Source: the human T2T-CHM13v2.0 reference genome, Homo sapiens
Direction: 5' to 3' (one strand)
Assembly: GCF_009914755.1 (NCBI RefSeq)
Contig: NC_060934.1
Length of the DNA stretch: 64,000 nt
The position numbers and the translations under genes are program-made. How positions within the stretch are numbered: position 1 is the first letter of the stretch; each line of letters starts with the position of its first letter. Below, piece by piece: positions 11,490-26,372 of the stretch. The notes below the pieces were generated by a model. The model saw nothing but the letters and a program-made list of their open reading frames with translations. It searched no databases and was not told the origin of the DNA.

Positions 11490-12605
11490 ATTAGTATTTT
11501 GTTGAGAATTTTTTGCATCAATATTCATCAAGGAAGAATATTGGCCTGAAGTTATCTCTTTTTGCTGTGTCTCTGCTAGACTTTGGTTTCAGGATGATGC
11601 TGGCTTCATAGAACAAGTTAGGGAGCAGTGACTCCTCATCAATTTTTTTTTTTGGAATAGTTTCAGTAGCAGTGCTGCTATCTCCTCCTTATAAATCTGA
11701 TAGAATTTGGCTGTGAATCCACCTGGTCCAGGGCTTTTTCTCATTGTTAGGCTTTTTATTACTGATTCAATTTCAGAACTCTGTATTGGTCTGTTCAGGA
11801 ATTCAGTGTCTTCCTGGTTCAATGTTGGGAGGTTATATGTTTCTAGGAATTTACCCAGTGCTTCTAGGTTTTATAGGTTGTGTGCACAGAGGTGTTCTTA
11901 ATAATCTCTAAGGGTTTTTGTATTTCTGTGGGGTCAGTGGTAAGGCCCCCTTTGTCATTTCTAATTGTATTTATTTGAATTTTCTCTCTTTTTTTTCTTT
12001 ATAGTCTAGGTAGTGGCCAATCTATCATATTAATTTTTTCAAAGGACAAGCTCCTGAGTTTATTGATTTTTTGCATGGCCTTTTGCATGTCAGTTTCCTT
12101 CAGTTCAGCTCTTATTTGGGTTATTTCTTTTCTCCTGTTAGCCTTGGGGTTGTTTTGCTCTTATTTCTCTAGTTTCCCTAATTGCGATATTAGGTTGGTA
12201 ATTTGAAATCTTGCTAACTTTTTGATGAGGGCATTTAGTACTGTAGACTTTTCCCTCTTAACACTGCTTTGGCTATGTTCCATAAATTCTGGTATCTTGT
12301 TTCTTTGTTCTCATTAGTTTCAAAGAATTTGTTGATTTCTGCCTTAATTTCATTAATTACTCAGAAGTCAATCAGGAGCAGGTTGTTAAATTTCTATGTA
12401 ATTGTACAATTTTGAGTGTTTTTTAAGCACTGATTTATATTTTTATTGCACTGTGGTCTCAGAGCATGGTTGGTATGATTTCAGGTGTTTTTAATAAGTT
12501 GCTGAGGATTGTGTGGTTAATTTTAGAGTATTTGCCATGTGTAGATGAGTATAATGTATATCCCTTTGTTTTTGGCAGGAGAGTTCTGTAGGCATCTGTC
12601 AGGTC

Positions 12606-13211
12606 CACTGTCCATATCACTATCAGCATTTTGGTCACAACCATTTAACCGGTTTCTAAGAAGTTCAAAACTTTCCCTTATATTTCCTGTCTTCTGAGCC
12701 CTTCAGAATCTTCCAATCTCAACTTACTACTAATTCCAAAGTTGCTTTCACCTTTTCAGTTATCTTTACAGCAATACCCCACTTCTGGTACCAATATGCT
12801 GTATTAGTTCATTCCTGCATTGCTATAAAGAAATACCTGAGACTGGGTAATTTCCAAGAAAGAATTTTAAATGACTCATGGTTCTTCAGGCTGCACAGGA
12901 AGCATAATAGCATTTGCTTCCGGGAAATCCTCAGGTAGCTTCAACTCATGGTAGAAGACAAAGCAAGAGCAGGCACTTTACATGGCAAAAGGAAGACTGA
13001 GAGAGAGGGAGGGTGCCACACACTTTTAAACAACCAGATATCATGAGCATTTACACAATAGCACAAGAACAGCACCAAATGGATGGTGCTAAACCATTCA
13101 TGAGAAATCTGTCCTCATGATTCATTCAGCTCCCACAACGTTCCACCTCCAACATTGGGGATTACATTTCAACACGAGATTTGGGTGGGGATGCAAATCC
13201 AAACTACATCA
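12606..13211 (-). mobile_element. MST-type MaLR: 5' LTR (12800-13211) plus first ~195 bp of internal region
   Basis: LTR reads TGTATTAG...CATCA on plus. Adjacent sequence is the revcomp of the MaLR internal start (TTGGTACCAGAAGTGGGG...). Confidence 0.88.
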
Positions 13212-13682
13212 TAACACGTGCCTTCTTACATTTTGTGTTTGCTTGGTAGAATTTTCTCCATCTCTTTACTTTTTCCTTTGCGTGTCATTGCCTATGAGAT
13301 GAATCTCTTGATGACAGCATGATGTTGGGTTTTGCTTCTTTATCCAACTTGTCACTCTGTGCCTTTTAATTGGGGCATGTGGCCTGTTTACATTCAAGGT
13401 TAGTATTGATATGTGCAGATCTGATCCTGTTATCATGTTGGTAGCTGCTTATTATGCAGACCTGTTTGTGTTGTTGCTTTATAGTGTCAATGGTTTATAC
13501 AGCTAAGTGTATATTGTAGTAGTTAGTAATGGCCTTTCCTTTTTAACCTTAGCTCTCCTTTTAAGACATCTTGTAAGGAAGATATGCTGGTAACAGATTC
13601 CCTTAGCATTTACTTGTCTAAAAAGAATATTTCTCTTATGCAGCTTAGTTTGGCTGGATATGACATTCTTCACTGAAAGTTG

Positions 13683-14000
13683 TTTTCTTTTTTTTTTTTT
13701 TTTTTTTTTTTTGAGACAGAGTCTTGCTCTGTCACCCAGGCTAGAGTGCAGTGGCACAATCTTGGCTTACTGCAACCTCTGGCTCCTGGGTTCAAGCAAT
13801 GCTCCTGCCTCAGCCTCCTGAGTACAGTAGCTGGGTCTACAGGCATATGCCACCATGCCTGGCTAATTTTTGCATTTTTAGTAAAGACAGGGTTTCACCA
13901 TGTTGGCCAGGCTGGTCTCAAACTCCTGACCTCAAGTGATCTGCCTGCCTTGGCCTCCCAAAGTGCTGGGATTATAGGCATGAGCCACCACGCCCAGGCC
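13683..14000 (-). mobile_element. AluS-type element inside L1
   Basis: Poly(T) followed by a complete antisense Alu dimer. Confidence 0.95.
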
Positions 14001-17000
14001 AAAAATTATTTAAGAATGATGAATGTAGAATCCGAATCCCTTCTGGCTTGTAGGGTTTCTGCTGACAGGTCTACTGTTACCCTAATGGGGTTACCTTTGT
14101 AGGTGACCTGCCTCTTTTCTCTAGCTGCATTTAACATTTTTCTTTCATTTCTACCTTGGTGAATCTAATGAATATGTGTCTTGAGGATTTGTCCTGTAGT
14201 ATTTCACAGGGGGTTGCTACATTTTCTGAATTTAAATGTTGGTCTTTCTAGTGAGGTTGGTGAAATTTTCATGGATGATATTCTGAAACACGTTTTTTGT
14301 ATTGTTTGGTCTCCTCTTTTTCAGGGACACTAGTGAGTCATACATTTGTTCTCTTTGCATAATCTCATATCTCTTGTTCATTGTTCTTTATTTTTGTTTG
14401 AGTTATTTCAGAAAGCCAGGCTTCAATATCTGAGATTCTTTCCCAACAGTGGCAGGGGTGGGCAGGGTCATGCACTCTGCTGTCTGCGTGTTTCTTGGGA
14501 CAAGAGGAGGCTGCACCCTCCAGCTGAGTTCACACTGAAGTGAGACCTCTGGGATGGAAACTCTAGCAAGTCTTGCCCCTCTGGCTACTAGTGGTGGGGA
14601 TGGCTGGAGTGGCTGGTTGAGTTCCTGCTTAAGTAGGACTGCTGGGGTAGAAGCTGGTGTTGTGTACTGCCTGGCAAGGGGTGGAGGTGGAGCAATCTTA
14701 CTACTCATAGGCCCTGCTACTGCAGCCTCTGCTGGGGCTGTGGTGATGGTGCTTGTCTGCTCTGGGGACTAAGGTGTGTAGAGGTTCCCTTAGACTCAAG
14801 TATTGCCTCTGCAAAATGTCAAAATGGCTCTCTGCCTCAGACTAGAAGTATGGTGTGGGGCTAGGGGTTGGGGAATGTTCATGGGGCTAGGAATATTCTC
14901 CCATTCCCAGTCTTGCCCATGTCCCTGTGGAAAACGTGATTCCCCCAGGGGCCTCTCATTCACTCACCCTTTCCCATGTTGAAGAGGTACTTCTGGCTCC
15001 ATGCCAAGCCCAGTCAGGCTGCTGCCCAGCTTTGCTCATCTCTGCTGTGTTCCCCTGCTGCCATGATGGATCTTGATGTGTTTTCCCACATGAATGGCCT
15101 GCAAGGTCAATATTCATTAGCCCTTTCTTTCCTCTCCATGATAGCAGCACACATGAGCTGCTTCTAGTCTGCCATCTTGGCCCTGCCCCTCAAATTTGTC
15201 TTGTTAAAACATTTGTTAACTTGTTTCATTTAAAAAAGATATGCATGTACACACATAATTTCATCAAAAATTTAATAGTAGTTTTTCCCATCTGTTTAGA
15301 AAGAGTAGATACTTGAAACCAAATCATCTTTTGAGGTTTTATCCCAGAATCTCTCCTTCTTTCCTTTCATCTGTATTACTACTGAAGAGCATTATATATG
15401 AAGGAAATTAAATTCAAAATTTGCACATAACACATTTTTAGCTAGTAGCAGTTCTGGTTCAATTAATTCCTTTAAATAATAGGAGTAAAATATGGTTATT
15501 GTATTATTCTTGTAGCACAGCAGAATTGATATGGTTGAACATTTCATTTTGTAACAATGTTTAATGTCAATAACAATAGTGCTGAAAAATATTTCATGGA
15601 GTAGAGAGGGACAATCTGAGGGGAAATGTAAGCAAACATCTAGGTCCTGAAATCAAAGACATGACTTTTATTTATTATTGGGGATAAAGGGAGGGCTCTG
15701 TTGCAGAAATCAGAATACAAACATCAAATAAAAAACTGTGTAAGGCATCTCATTTTGATCATTTTAATCACTATTACATAGTAAAAGCTAATATTATTAA
15801 TGGGACATGAAACAGCAACAATTAAAGGAATATGGAGTTGAAAACAAGTTGAACAATGTCCTTGAGGGTTGGTGAGTCACAACCTATATGAACTGACTTT
15901 TTTTGTCATCTGGAAGTTGCGATTAATAACACTATTACCTTAAGGATTCAATGCACTAATATTCGTAATGTGTATTGATAAGGTATAAATTATAACATGA
16001 ATTTGGGACAATTGTTCCTTCTGAAGTTATTTTAGACTATAATACTTTGGTCATTAGTTCTAGATAATAAAAGTCTTCCCAAGATAGGGTTTAATTATAA
16101 TAATAAGAAGAATATTCACCAATTTACTTTAATGCCCTTAAGATGAATAATTTGCCCTCTTCATTCCTCTTGAGTACCTATTTATTCATGTGAATAGGCT
16201 TTTTAAAAAGATAATAGGAAAGTTCATGACCTTGTGCTAGAACTGCAAATGGTTTCAGTACTTGAAGAGATAGCCAGAAGTACAGGGGTTCTGTAATGAA
16301 ATTGAAGCCAGGTACTAAAGATTATTGGTTTATAATCACCACTGCATTCTACCTGTGGCTAAAACCCAACTCTACCCCACAAAGATAATAGACTGACAAT
16401 CTCAAAAATACTTTATTCATTCACAGGTAAACTAAAGCTGAAGATGTTTAATTAATTTGCCTAAAGTCAGAACACTAGCAATTGAAATAAATGTATTTGG
16501 TGTGGATTTTGCCTGGGAAGTATGTTACCCATTTCCTTTTCACCACTCTGCACTGACAGAAAAAGCTAGGTATTCCTTCTTTAAAGCTGAGCCTTCAATA
16601 CTGTCATTTACCTTTACTTAATGGCGAAGACTGAACCCAGCAATTCCTCTTCTAGCCTCCAACCTTAGGTAAAATATCCATTAGAGCTTAATAACACTCT
16701 AAGAAGAAAAGGTCATGTAGTTCCTGGATGGCTCCTATGAACCAAATGAGGGCAGCAATGAAAGGTAGATGGGCTTTTCCTTTCTCAGCAATATGAGAAT
16801 GGAGAATCAGACACTGGGCAGTTCAGCAGCTTGGAATGCCAGGCCTCAGAATGGCCAGCTGGCTGCTCTTTTGTAGCAAGCCTGGGAGCAGGGGCAAGAA
16901 CATCAATGAATATTGATCCTTTGACCAACCCATAAGCCCAAAGGAGGCATTGCCTCTTTTTCACACAAAAGAAACTAACCATGGGAATATTTACCTTCAA

Positions 17001-17699
17001 ACACAAGGAGCCCATTTGTCCCATGCTGTTGCTTAGAAAATATTTATAACTAGCATCAGCCATTGGCATGTCCAGGGTCAAAGATTCAAGTTGGTGAAGT
17101 CATTGGACCATTCTATGGCAAAGCTTGACATGGCTTGCCTGTGCGTATGTATGCATTGTTTCCATTAGTTCATGTACTGGGAAGGCAATGATTATAAGGC
17201 CAGAGTTAAGAATGTGACATACAAATTTGCTTTTTCCACAATTCGTCCCCCTATTCCATCACATCCAACTCTGCAGAAGCCACAGAGAGGGCCAGGAAAG
17301 AAATTATGGGTGACACAAATAAAACTATCCAGCCTATTAGAAAAAAATTAAGACAATCCCCACCCCTTGAAAAAACAAAGAGGTGTTACCTGGCAGAGGC
17401 ATAATAATCTCTTTTTTAATACAGGAATTATTGTTAGGCCTTTCCCCTAATGCTAGAGACAGATTTTTTTGTGGTAAGAAGTATCTTTGGAATAGACTAG
17501 ACTCTTATGCAATTGTTTGAAATAACTGAATTTATGTATGTTAGTAGTGATAGGTTATGTTTTGATGCAACTCAGATCCTTAAACATCTGGCTTCAGACC
17601 TATCTGAACTACATATTCATGAGGATATTCAGCAAGGAATTATACAGGCAAATGTATTATTATACTTTTGTGTGTTATCCCCTAACCTCCCCACAACCC

Positions 17700-18160
17700 C
17701 TGCAGGAGGGGCTCCTAGTCTTATTTGATCAAAACTAAAAGAGACACAATACTGTAATCAGTTGGCAGAGACATCTGACATAAGAGGGCACATATCCAAT
17801 GTTCTGTAGAAATGAAATGTTGAAAGAAAGCAGAAAGAGTAATTAGAAGGTGTGGATTTCCACCTACGAGAAAGAATCAAAAGCAGAAATGAGAGATTTC
17901 AGAGACTCAGAGAAATAGAACAAGGTAAAAAGAGACAGAAATTAAGACATGTAGGAAAAGATCAGAGACAGGGGCAAAATCAAAGATAAACAGAAAGGAG
18001 ACATGGTTTTTATGTCCTCATAGTTTTCTAATTTCTTGATTCCATATTGATGAAATCCTTGATAGCACTGTATCCTTAAAATAATCCCAACCTACTTTCT
18101 ACCCTGTATAGGCAAAATCATTTAAGTAAATTTCTTTCGTTTGTATCCCAAAGACAAGCG
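17700..18160 (+). mobile_element. Probable ancient MLT1-type LTR fragment
   Basis: AG-rich core and terminal tttaagtaaatttctttcgtttgtatcccaaaga, similar to MLT1 ends. Highly diverged. Confidence 0.4.
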
Positions 18161-20334
18161 CATGTCCTCAACTGCATAGTGTCTGTCACACAAGTTCCAC
18201 CCCATTTGGGGGCAGTCTCTTTAATCCTCACAGAAACCTTGTGGAGAAGATACAATCACTCTCCCCACTGCTAGTGTAACCATGAAATAAATCTTGCAAA
18301 CCAGGACAAGTGAATATGGGCATAAACTAAGAGTGTCCTTAGCAGAGCAGATCATGTGGTCATAAGACCCATTACAGAGGTGAACTGGGGGGTACAGAGG
18401 GCCAGGGCTCTTTGGTGATCTCTCTAAGACATGAGGTCAAGAGATCCAGACCAGAGACATGTCCACTTTGTTCCTCTAGTTTCCTGATACCTTGCAGTTT
18501 TGCCTTCAGTGAGCACTATTGTTTACCAAATAATACACAAAACACACAGCCAAAAAAGAATAACAACAACAAAGGAAGAGGTCACATTGCTATATAAAGA
18601 ATTACCAAATGCTAGACCGAAAAGGTGAGACATGCAATTAGGATCCTTAAAGTAAGAAAATAAACAACCTTTGCAAGTTTAAGAGATACTCCTCTGATTA
18701 GGCCATTAATCATGAACAGGTCTGTCTCTGTAGCCATTAATTCTGACACCACAGTCGTGGAACAAAGGGAAATAGCAAAGCTGACCTAGGTGTCTTCCTG
18801 TGAGCTCAGGTGCTTGACAGCTGACCTGGAAAGGGAGTTGTATTTGTCAGCTTTGTCCTTCTGATTCTGATGGAAGTGTGGTTGAAACCTTTAGAAGGAG
18901 AAGTCAACCCTGCCCTGGAGAGAGTGGTGAAATATTCCTATGCCTTTGGACTACATTTTATGATAGTCAGGGAGTCTGTGGTCATCTCTAACATGAAAGG
19001 GTAGAGGAGTAAGCAGATTGTACATTCAGCATATAACAAAAGAATTGCATGTTGCCAAAGTTGTCCTGGAAAATCTCCTGAGTCATCCATAATGTGCAAT
19101 ATGTGCAGTTGGAAATATACAGCCCTATACAGTTATACCTATACATGCTAAAGTGAAAGAAACACTGAACCAGATTAAGATGGAGGGACTGAAGTCCCCG
19201 TGTTGTAACTCAAATCATTCTGTTTTCAAGGGAACTGTTGGAACCCTGTCAATGTTTTCCCTTGAGAACTGGATGGGTCGCCCACACCCTAGTTGTTACA
19301 TCCTAGTGAAAAGTGATCCACATTCTGCCTCCACATGGGCAGCCACAGCAGAGTGCAAACACCTTTATAAATAAAAAAGTGTCTGTTAGTATCAGCCATT
19401 TTAGAGTCTGTGCCTACATAATTTAGTATGCATCAGGTTAAATTCACCCTAATGCTCTTGGTGATGCAGATGTCTTTTTCACTCTTGATCAGCACTGGGA
19501 TTATAATGAGCTTCCACTGTATTAACTCCAACCAAAAGAAACCATAAAACAAGCCCCTCCCTGAAGGAGGCATGGGCTCATGGCGGGGTGGTCATTGGTC
19601 GACCTGCCGTGTAATGTGCCAGTGCAAATGTTCATTAAGCAGAGCGCTGGCCATTCGCAAGGATGGATTTCAGGGAGACTGAAATGAAGCTGGAAATGTG
19701 AATGTTCACTCATGTTGACACCTGGACTTTGTCTGCTGCCTGCCCCCAGTGATCAATCCCAAGCTTCCTCTTTTAGGGATGAATTCCTCCAAGCCAAAGA
19801 CTCAGAAATATGATCAGAACAACATAGGTCTAGGAAATGTGAGTCCTGGAAAAGGCCTTGTACTGAACTGCATCACTTTACAAAGAAGAAAACTGATGCC
19901 CAATGTAAACTTATGGCCTGTTGAAGAGAAAATTACACAAAAGAAAAAAATATGTCTCTAATACTAATATTCCTTTCACATCTATTACAGATATGCTTGT
20001 CACTGTGTTCATTTTATTTAAACACTTTTCTAAATTCAAGGAGAACTGAATCCTCACAAGGAAATTACTCCTTTCTCACTTGAACCCATTGAAGTGTCCT
20101 TTAATGTGCTTTTACTCTTTTAAATGTTTCCTTAACATGTCCACGACATTATTCTCATGTGCTTTGTTCAGGTGAAAAATCCAAAGAAGAGCAAAAGTTG
20201 TTAAATGTCTGATAAAGACCTTCACACTTTTACACCACTCATGTGTCTCATTTTAACACTGTACAGGGTGGATGGAATAGAGTTAATAATTAGTGAGAAT
20301 CTACTCTTGGGGTGAAGATATTGTATAGAGGTCT

Positions 20335-20520
20335 ATGATATATCCTGTAGCTTGCATCACTTCTGTGATAAAGGCATCATTTTGACCATTTTACAAGAGA
20401 GACAACTGAGTCCCAGGCAGTTAAAGAACATCTTTCCAGATTATTAATTAAATGATTGGCAAGAATTTAAATCCAGTTCTACCTACTTCTAAAGTGCACA
20501 CTCTTTCAGCTCCTACACAT
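20335..20520 (-). mobile_element. MIR
   Basis: Core ccattttacaagagagacaactgagtcccag. Confidence 0.7.
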
Positions 20521-20714
20521 CCTCCCTAAGGCACGACTTTAAGAACTAATGCAGTAGTAATCTATCTACTGCAGTGCTGATTTTTGAGTCAGAAGTAGGT
20601 ATAATCTGGTGTTTTATAAGTGAGACAAAGTTGGATTTATCTCACAATATAAACAATATAAAAAAGGGAGGAACATATTTTTGTATAATTTTGTATGCTT
20701 TTAAATGATTTTCA

Positions 20715-20885
20715 GATAAACTTTATAACAGCTCATAAGGAAAATAGGACAGATTTTTATATCCCATTTTTACAGATGGGAAAACAAGAGGTCAAATGAA
20801 GTGCTCATGATTCCACGGTGAGTTAGCGAAGGGCCCAGGTTGACCCCCTCTAAGTCTAGATCCCTTCCTACTACATCATGCTGCT
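20715..20885 (-). mobile_element. MIR/MIR3
   Basis: Core atcccatttttacagatgggaaaacaagagg. Confidence 0.75.
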
Positions 20886-23800
20886 CGGATATATAAACAG
20901 AAGGACCTCATTTTATTCTGACATTACTGACATTAGGTACTTTTTTTTCCCCTCAGAGAAGCTAAATTATCCTTCACTCAAGACAGAAAAGTGCAAGGGC
21001 AAATGTTTCTTCCACCACCACGCTTAGGAGCTGTTGACACATCCTGGATTTAGCTCTTTTTGAACCCTCTCCTGGTCTCAATCCCTCCTCCCCAGAGAAA
21101 CTGCAGGAACATTTCACTGGAAAATCTCCCCACAGAGGAAAGGACAACCCTGGCAGGGGTTCTGATGGGCCTCATGCTGTCGCTGGTTCAGGATGCTTGG
21201 CTGCCTCCAGCTGCACTGTAGGGACAAACTGCAGAGGGAGAGGTTCCCACTGTGCCCCATTTGAGCACTGATCTGTCTACTGCCTGCAAGCTTAACCTCC
21301 AAATGGACTCTGGGCCTTGCCAGTCCGAAGGACAAATATATTATCCTTTAAATAAATAAGCTAACATTTATAAGGAGCTTTACAAAGTTCTGCCACGTGT
21401 ATCATCTAATTAAATCCTGAATCCAACCCCATGAATATCTGCATTTTTTTCACATGGGGAAGCTGCTTAGTGATGAAATTACTTTGTTGACTTAATTTGT
21501 GTCATTTGGCCTCCAAAATCCCATGCCATTTTCCCCCGCATATTTTGTTTACTTAATGACCTTAGACAATCATCTAAATCCTGGTGGTTGAAACGTCCCC
21601 AAGACATCATTCAAAGACCTTATCTCTCACTATATCAGATATCCAGGCGGCAAGCAGCTCTTGAATTCTACATGAGATCCCTTCTCAGACACATGTCACC
21701 TTTCCATTATCTGAAACGGAGGGGCTAGGCTTTGAGCTGATGCTCAATGAACCACATATGTGTTTCTGACTTGAATTTGCAATCTCAGTCTTCTCTCTTT
21801 ATTTGGGATGATAATCCATGACTTCACGGCCAAAGCCCAAAATTGTCCTGATTTATGTTCATCTATCTCATCCTAGAAGCTTTAGGTTCTTAAGAAGTTT
21901 TTGAATTTGTTGTTGCAGAGAAAAAAATCTAAGTGTAGGAAGTAGGATGGAAGGGAAACAGCAGAGCAATCTATTTGGGCTTTTTGCTATACTCTCTAAA
22001 CACAGCTGGCTCTTCCATGTCCCTTAACACAGCCTGTTTGTATGAGTCTGGGACATCACACTATAATATCTCCTCAAAAGAATTTCTCTGTACTGTTTTC
22101 TGCCTTGACCCACTACTTTTTGATTATCTCTACGACTCTACAATGTTGGACTCCATTTCCTGGACCTCTATAGTTGCACCTAGTCCTTCACTTAGTTAAA
22201 AAGTCAAACTTTTCTTTCTGGCTTAGTGAATTTATTCCTCATTTCTCAATTCTATCACCATAACCCAACGTAGAGAGTCATTAACCGTCAGATTTGTTTT
22301 CATCTCTAAAAGTAGGAAATTTGACTACATTATCTAAAGAAGGAAAGGAAAAGGGAAGGGAGCAGTACACACAACATGAATGATCAGAATTTCAGAGGTA
22401 GAAGGGAATTTAGTGGAAATAAAATCTATTGTTTTTGGTTTTACCAATGGAGAAACCATTATGTCAGTAGAATTTATTAGACAAAAGTATATGTACAGAT
22501 AATTGTAGATATGCATATAATTTCACTGAAGCTTATCATAAACTTAGGTTAAGGACTCTGCAACTGGTGCTCAGGTCAAGACTCAATGCAATTGGTGTTT
22601 GGGTCACATATTAGGTACTTAATTTAGAACACATGTCTAAGTGTCACATAATTATCTTTCGTTATCTTTAGTTGCTTCATGTGTATTAAGCAAGTGTATT
22701 TAACTATAGAACTTGCTGAATATGTTTACATCAAACCTGTAGAAAAAAATAGGACAAGAAAAAGGTAAAAACAGCTAAGACAAATGAAACAATGAAATTT
22801 GTGATACAGCCGTCATTTTACATCAAATGTATTCATTTCCATGAGGGTAATAAAGCTTTATACCCTCATGTTGATTTTACCAATTAACAAACAATAATTA
22901 TTTATCACATGGAATGTTCTAATTTTTAGTGTAGATAATATGATTCCCATATTGAGTGTTTAGATAATTTGAGTTCAACTTCTTATCTGAAGTAAGTTTA
23001 GCTTCCTATTCAGAGATATTTGAATTTGAAAGGTTATAAGGTTAGGTATTTATACTAAATGGAGGAAGTGAAAACTAGAGAACAAAATAGGTGCCTCTCT
23101 GCTTGGGTGATAAATGATTGTGCATCTAAAATGTTATTACAGTTCTACTGAATCATGAAACATAGCTTATATAATTAATCATTAAAACATACTGAATCTG
23201 CTGAAGAGAGATAAAGAAAAAAATGAACTCAGCAGTATTTCAAAGCCTAATAAAGAGGTGTTTAAAATGTTGATTTAATCTTTATTATTTTCAAGTAGCT
23301 TTATATTTTTATTTAAAACCAGTTTTATTATACTTCATTTAAAAATATATAACTACATAAGTAATCCATTAGGGTAGTCAGACTTCCACCAAAAACTACC
23401 AAAAAAAAAAAAAAAAACCTGGAGGGCAGATAAATGAAAATATACCAAATGTCAGAAAGCTCTCAGACACATAAATGCATTTTTCTTAACATGTTCAATA
23501 AGAAAGGCAAACAGAAGCTGAATCCTCAGCTATTATTAGTGAAGGAGAAGTTGTCCAAGTGATTCATGAGGCAGAGTTTAAAACTTTGTATAATTGCTGG
23601 TGCAACAAAATTCAGCTATAAAAATTCACAGGTGCCTTAGGTCTCCCTAGAGTAATGAACTCAATGTAGTCATCACACAAGGAACATTTCCCAAGATCTT
23701 TCAGCTAAAGACAAGTAAGACTTTAAGTGTTCCAGAGTCCAATTCCAATCTAGATAATTCAAACTCAGAAAGACTCATGTCGATTCCAGACTGGGATGTA

Positions 23801-23957
23801 AAGGAGTATGCATTCCCAACCATAACACCATTCCACTAAATGGTCTGCAGAAAATATAGATCCAGAACTGGAAGAAATATATGCTATATTTAGTCAAACT
23901 CATTCTGTTTCCGATCAGAAATATCCAACCAAAAACGGCTTAAAAAAGAAACAAAAC

Positions 23958-24403
<446 letters not shown>

Positions 24404-24689
24404 TTACGATACACATCTTCATCAACAACAGCAACATTATTAACTATATCCTGGAATATAATGAAGGAAAAATACCAATTGATTAATCTTTATAGTATAG
24501 TCTCACCCTCAGATTCTAAGAGAGCCTAAGCACATGGAGTATTTAATATTCATAATATTTATCATCAAATATTTTGTATTAATATTTTATTATTGTTGAT
24601 GCTGGAAAATTTTCTCAGTTTTCATAGTGTGCCCTTAATACTATGCTAGAGATTAAGGTTGAAGTTGGCACAAGAATACTTGGGAGGTT

Positions 24690-24895
24690 CCATGAGATTG
24701 AGAGCGGCATAATCCTCAGTCAAATCCTTTCTCATCAGCCATGTGAACTTAGCTAATTAATTTATCTTTTCTGAGCCTCAATTTCTCCATTTGAAAATAA
24801 GGATAATAATGTCACCATCTACTCCAAAAGGTTATTGCAGCTAATGAAGGATACGATATATGTACACTGCTTAGCACAGTGCCTGGAACATAGAA
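24690..24895 (+). mobile_element. MIR
   Basis: tctgagcctcaatttctccatttgaaaataaggataataat...cttagcacagtgcctgg. Confidence 0.85.
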
Positions 24896-26372
24896 CTAAC
24901 TCTAATTCCAAGAATTTCACTAACTGTAACCCAAACCCAGCAATTTTTATTGATTCAGAAATATTTATTGATTGCCTACTAAGGATCAGGTACAATGGTA
25001 AATATCAGGAATTTAAAATGTGGGCGATACACATTCTCTATTTTCCAAGCATTTAAACCTAGTCAGATGAAAGGAGAAAAAATATCAGGACCCCAATGGG
25101 GATATGCTCTAAGCCTTTAATGCTATACTGAGAATTGACCCTCTTTTCCCTGATCAGGAAACTGTAAGAAAAACTCCATCTCTCTGAGGAAGAGCTGTCT
25201 CTCAGGATGCAGCCTGGTCTCATGTAAGATAACTAGTTGGCAAACCACCTCACTAGTCAATCAGGCATACCCTAACATGTATGAATGCTAATGTTAGAAC
25301 ACAGCATAATAAAGTCACGGTGCCAATCTCATTCGACAATAGGTATTCAGAATCTGATAAAATATTGAACTGACCCTTTCCTCTATATATAATCTGATTG
25401 CATATATTCATTGAGGTCAATTATTTACTCACTTACAAGAAAAAGTCAGCAAAATTCTGTGATGGACCCAGAAAAAGAGTATCTGCATCAAGTGTGACCA
25501 ACTTTAGTTGCATTTGTTTCTCCCTAACACAGATTCCTGCAGTCTGGCAATCACTTCAGGTCCTGAGGGTATTTTAAATGTTACTGTCACTTAAGTCAAA
25601 GTATTCAGTCAGCCTCTTTGAATATGGACTAATGGAAATTGTATTTGAATCCACAACTCATGGATTGAAAGAGGTGCTGAGGGAATGAGATTCTAAATAT
25701 AAATCCGATAACCTTGGATACAGCTGAAGCATCACTCAGCCCCTTAACTTGATGTGTTCTGCCAATCACAAGGGACAGTGGAGAGAAGCGTTGAATAGTA
25801 GAGAATTGAAAGGGATTTTCTCAATTTACAATGTATTCATTGACTTTACTTGGATATACATAAGAGATGTATGAATACATACGTAAGAGAATATGAGTCA
25901 TGTATACTGTTCCCACCATTGTATGTCTGGGACCTGATACAGTCTCTAGTATATCATTGATGCCCAATAATGAACTCCAAGTACAGATTGCGACACTCCA
26001 CAGATGAGGTATTTCTCTTGCAGAAGGGTCTTCTGAAAACAGATGTTTACTCTGTCACTTGCTTCTCTCTTCACACTCTTGGCAGCCAAACTCATACAAA
26101 GTGCTCTTCAATGCCACCATCCTACCAATCCTCTACTAAACTAATATCTCAGTGGCAAAGTTGGACATCCTTCAGCAAAAACACTACTCTGGGGATGAAT
26201 ATATATGGCTCTGTTAAAAAAGAGGGTATATTCATTTGAAGAAGAGATCAATCAAAAACACCTTTCTTTCTTCATTCATACATTCATTCCTTCATATTTG
26301 GGTCTTAAATATGTGATTTGTCACAAAGCATTTTGGAGTCCTACAGTCCTAAATCCTAGCTCAGCTACCTAG

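Noticed and set aside
13680-14102. 140-aa ORF (also similar ORFs at 8874, 24074 and 50500)
   Set aside because: Generic Alu-derived reading frames.
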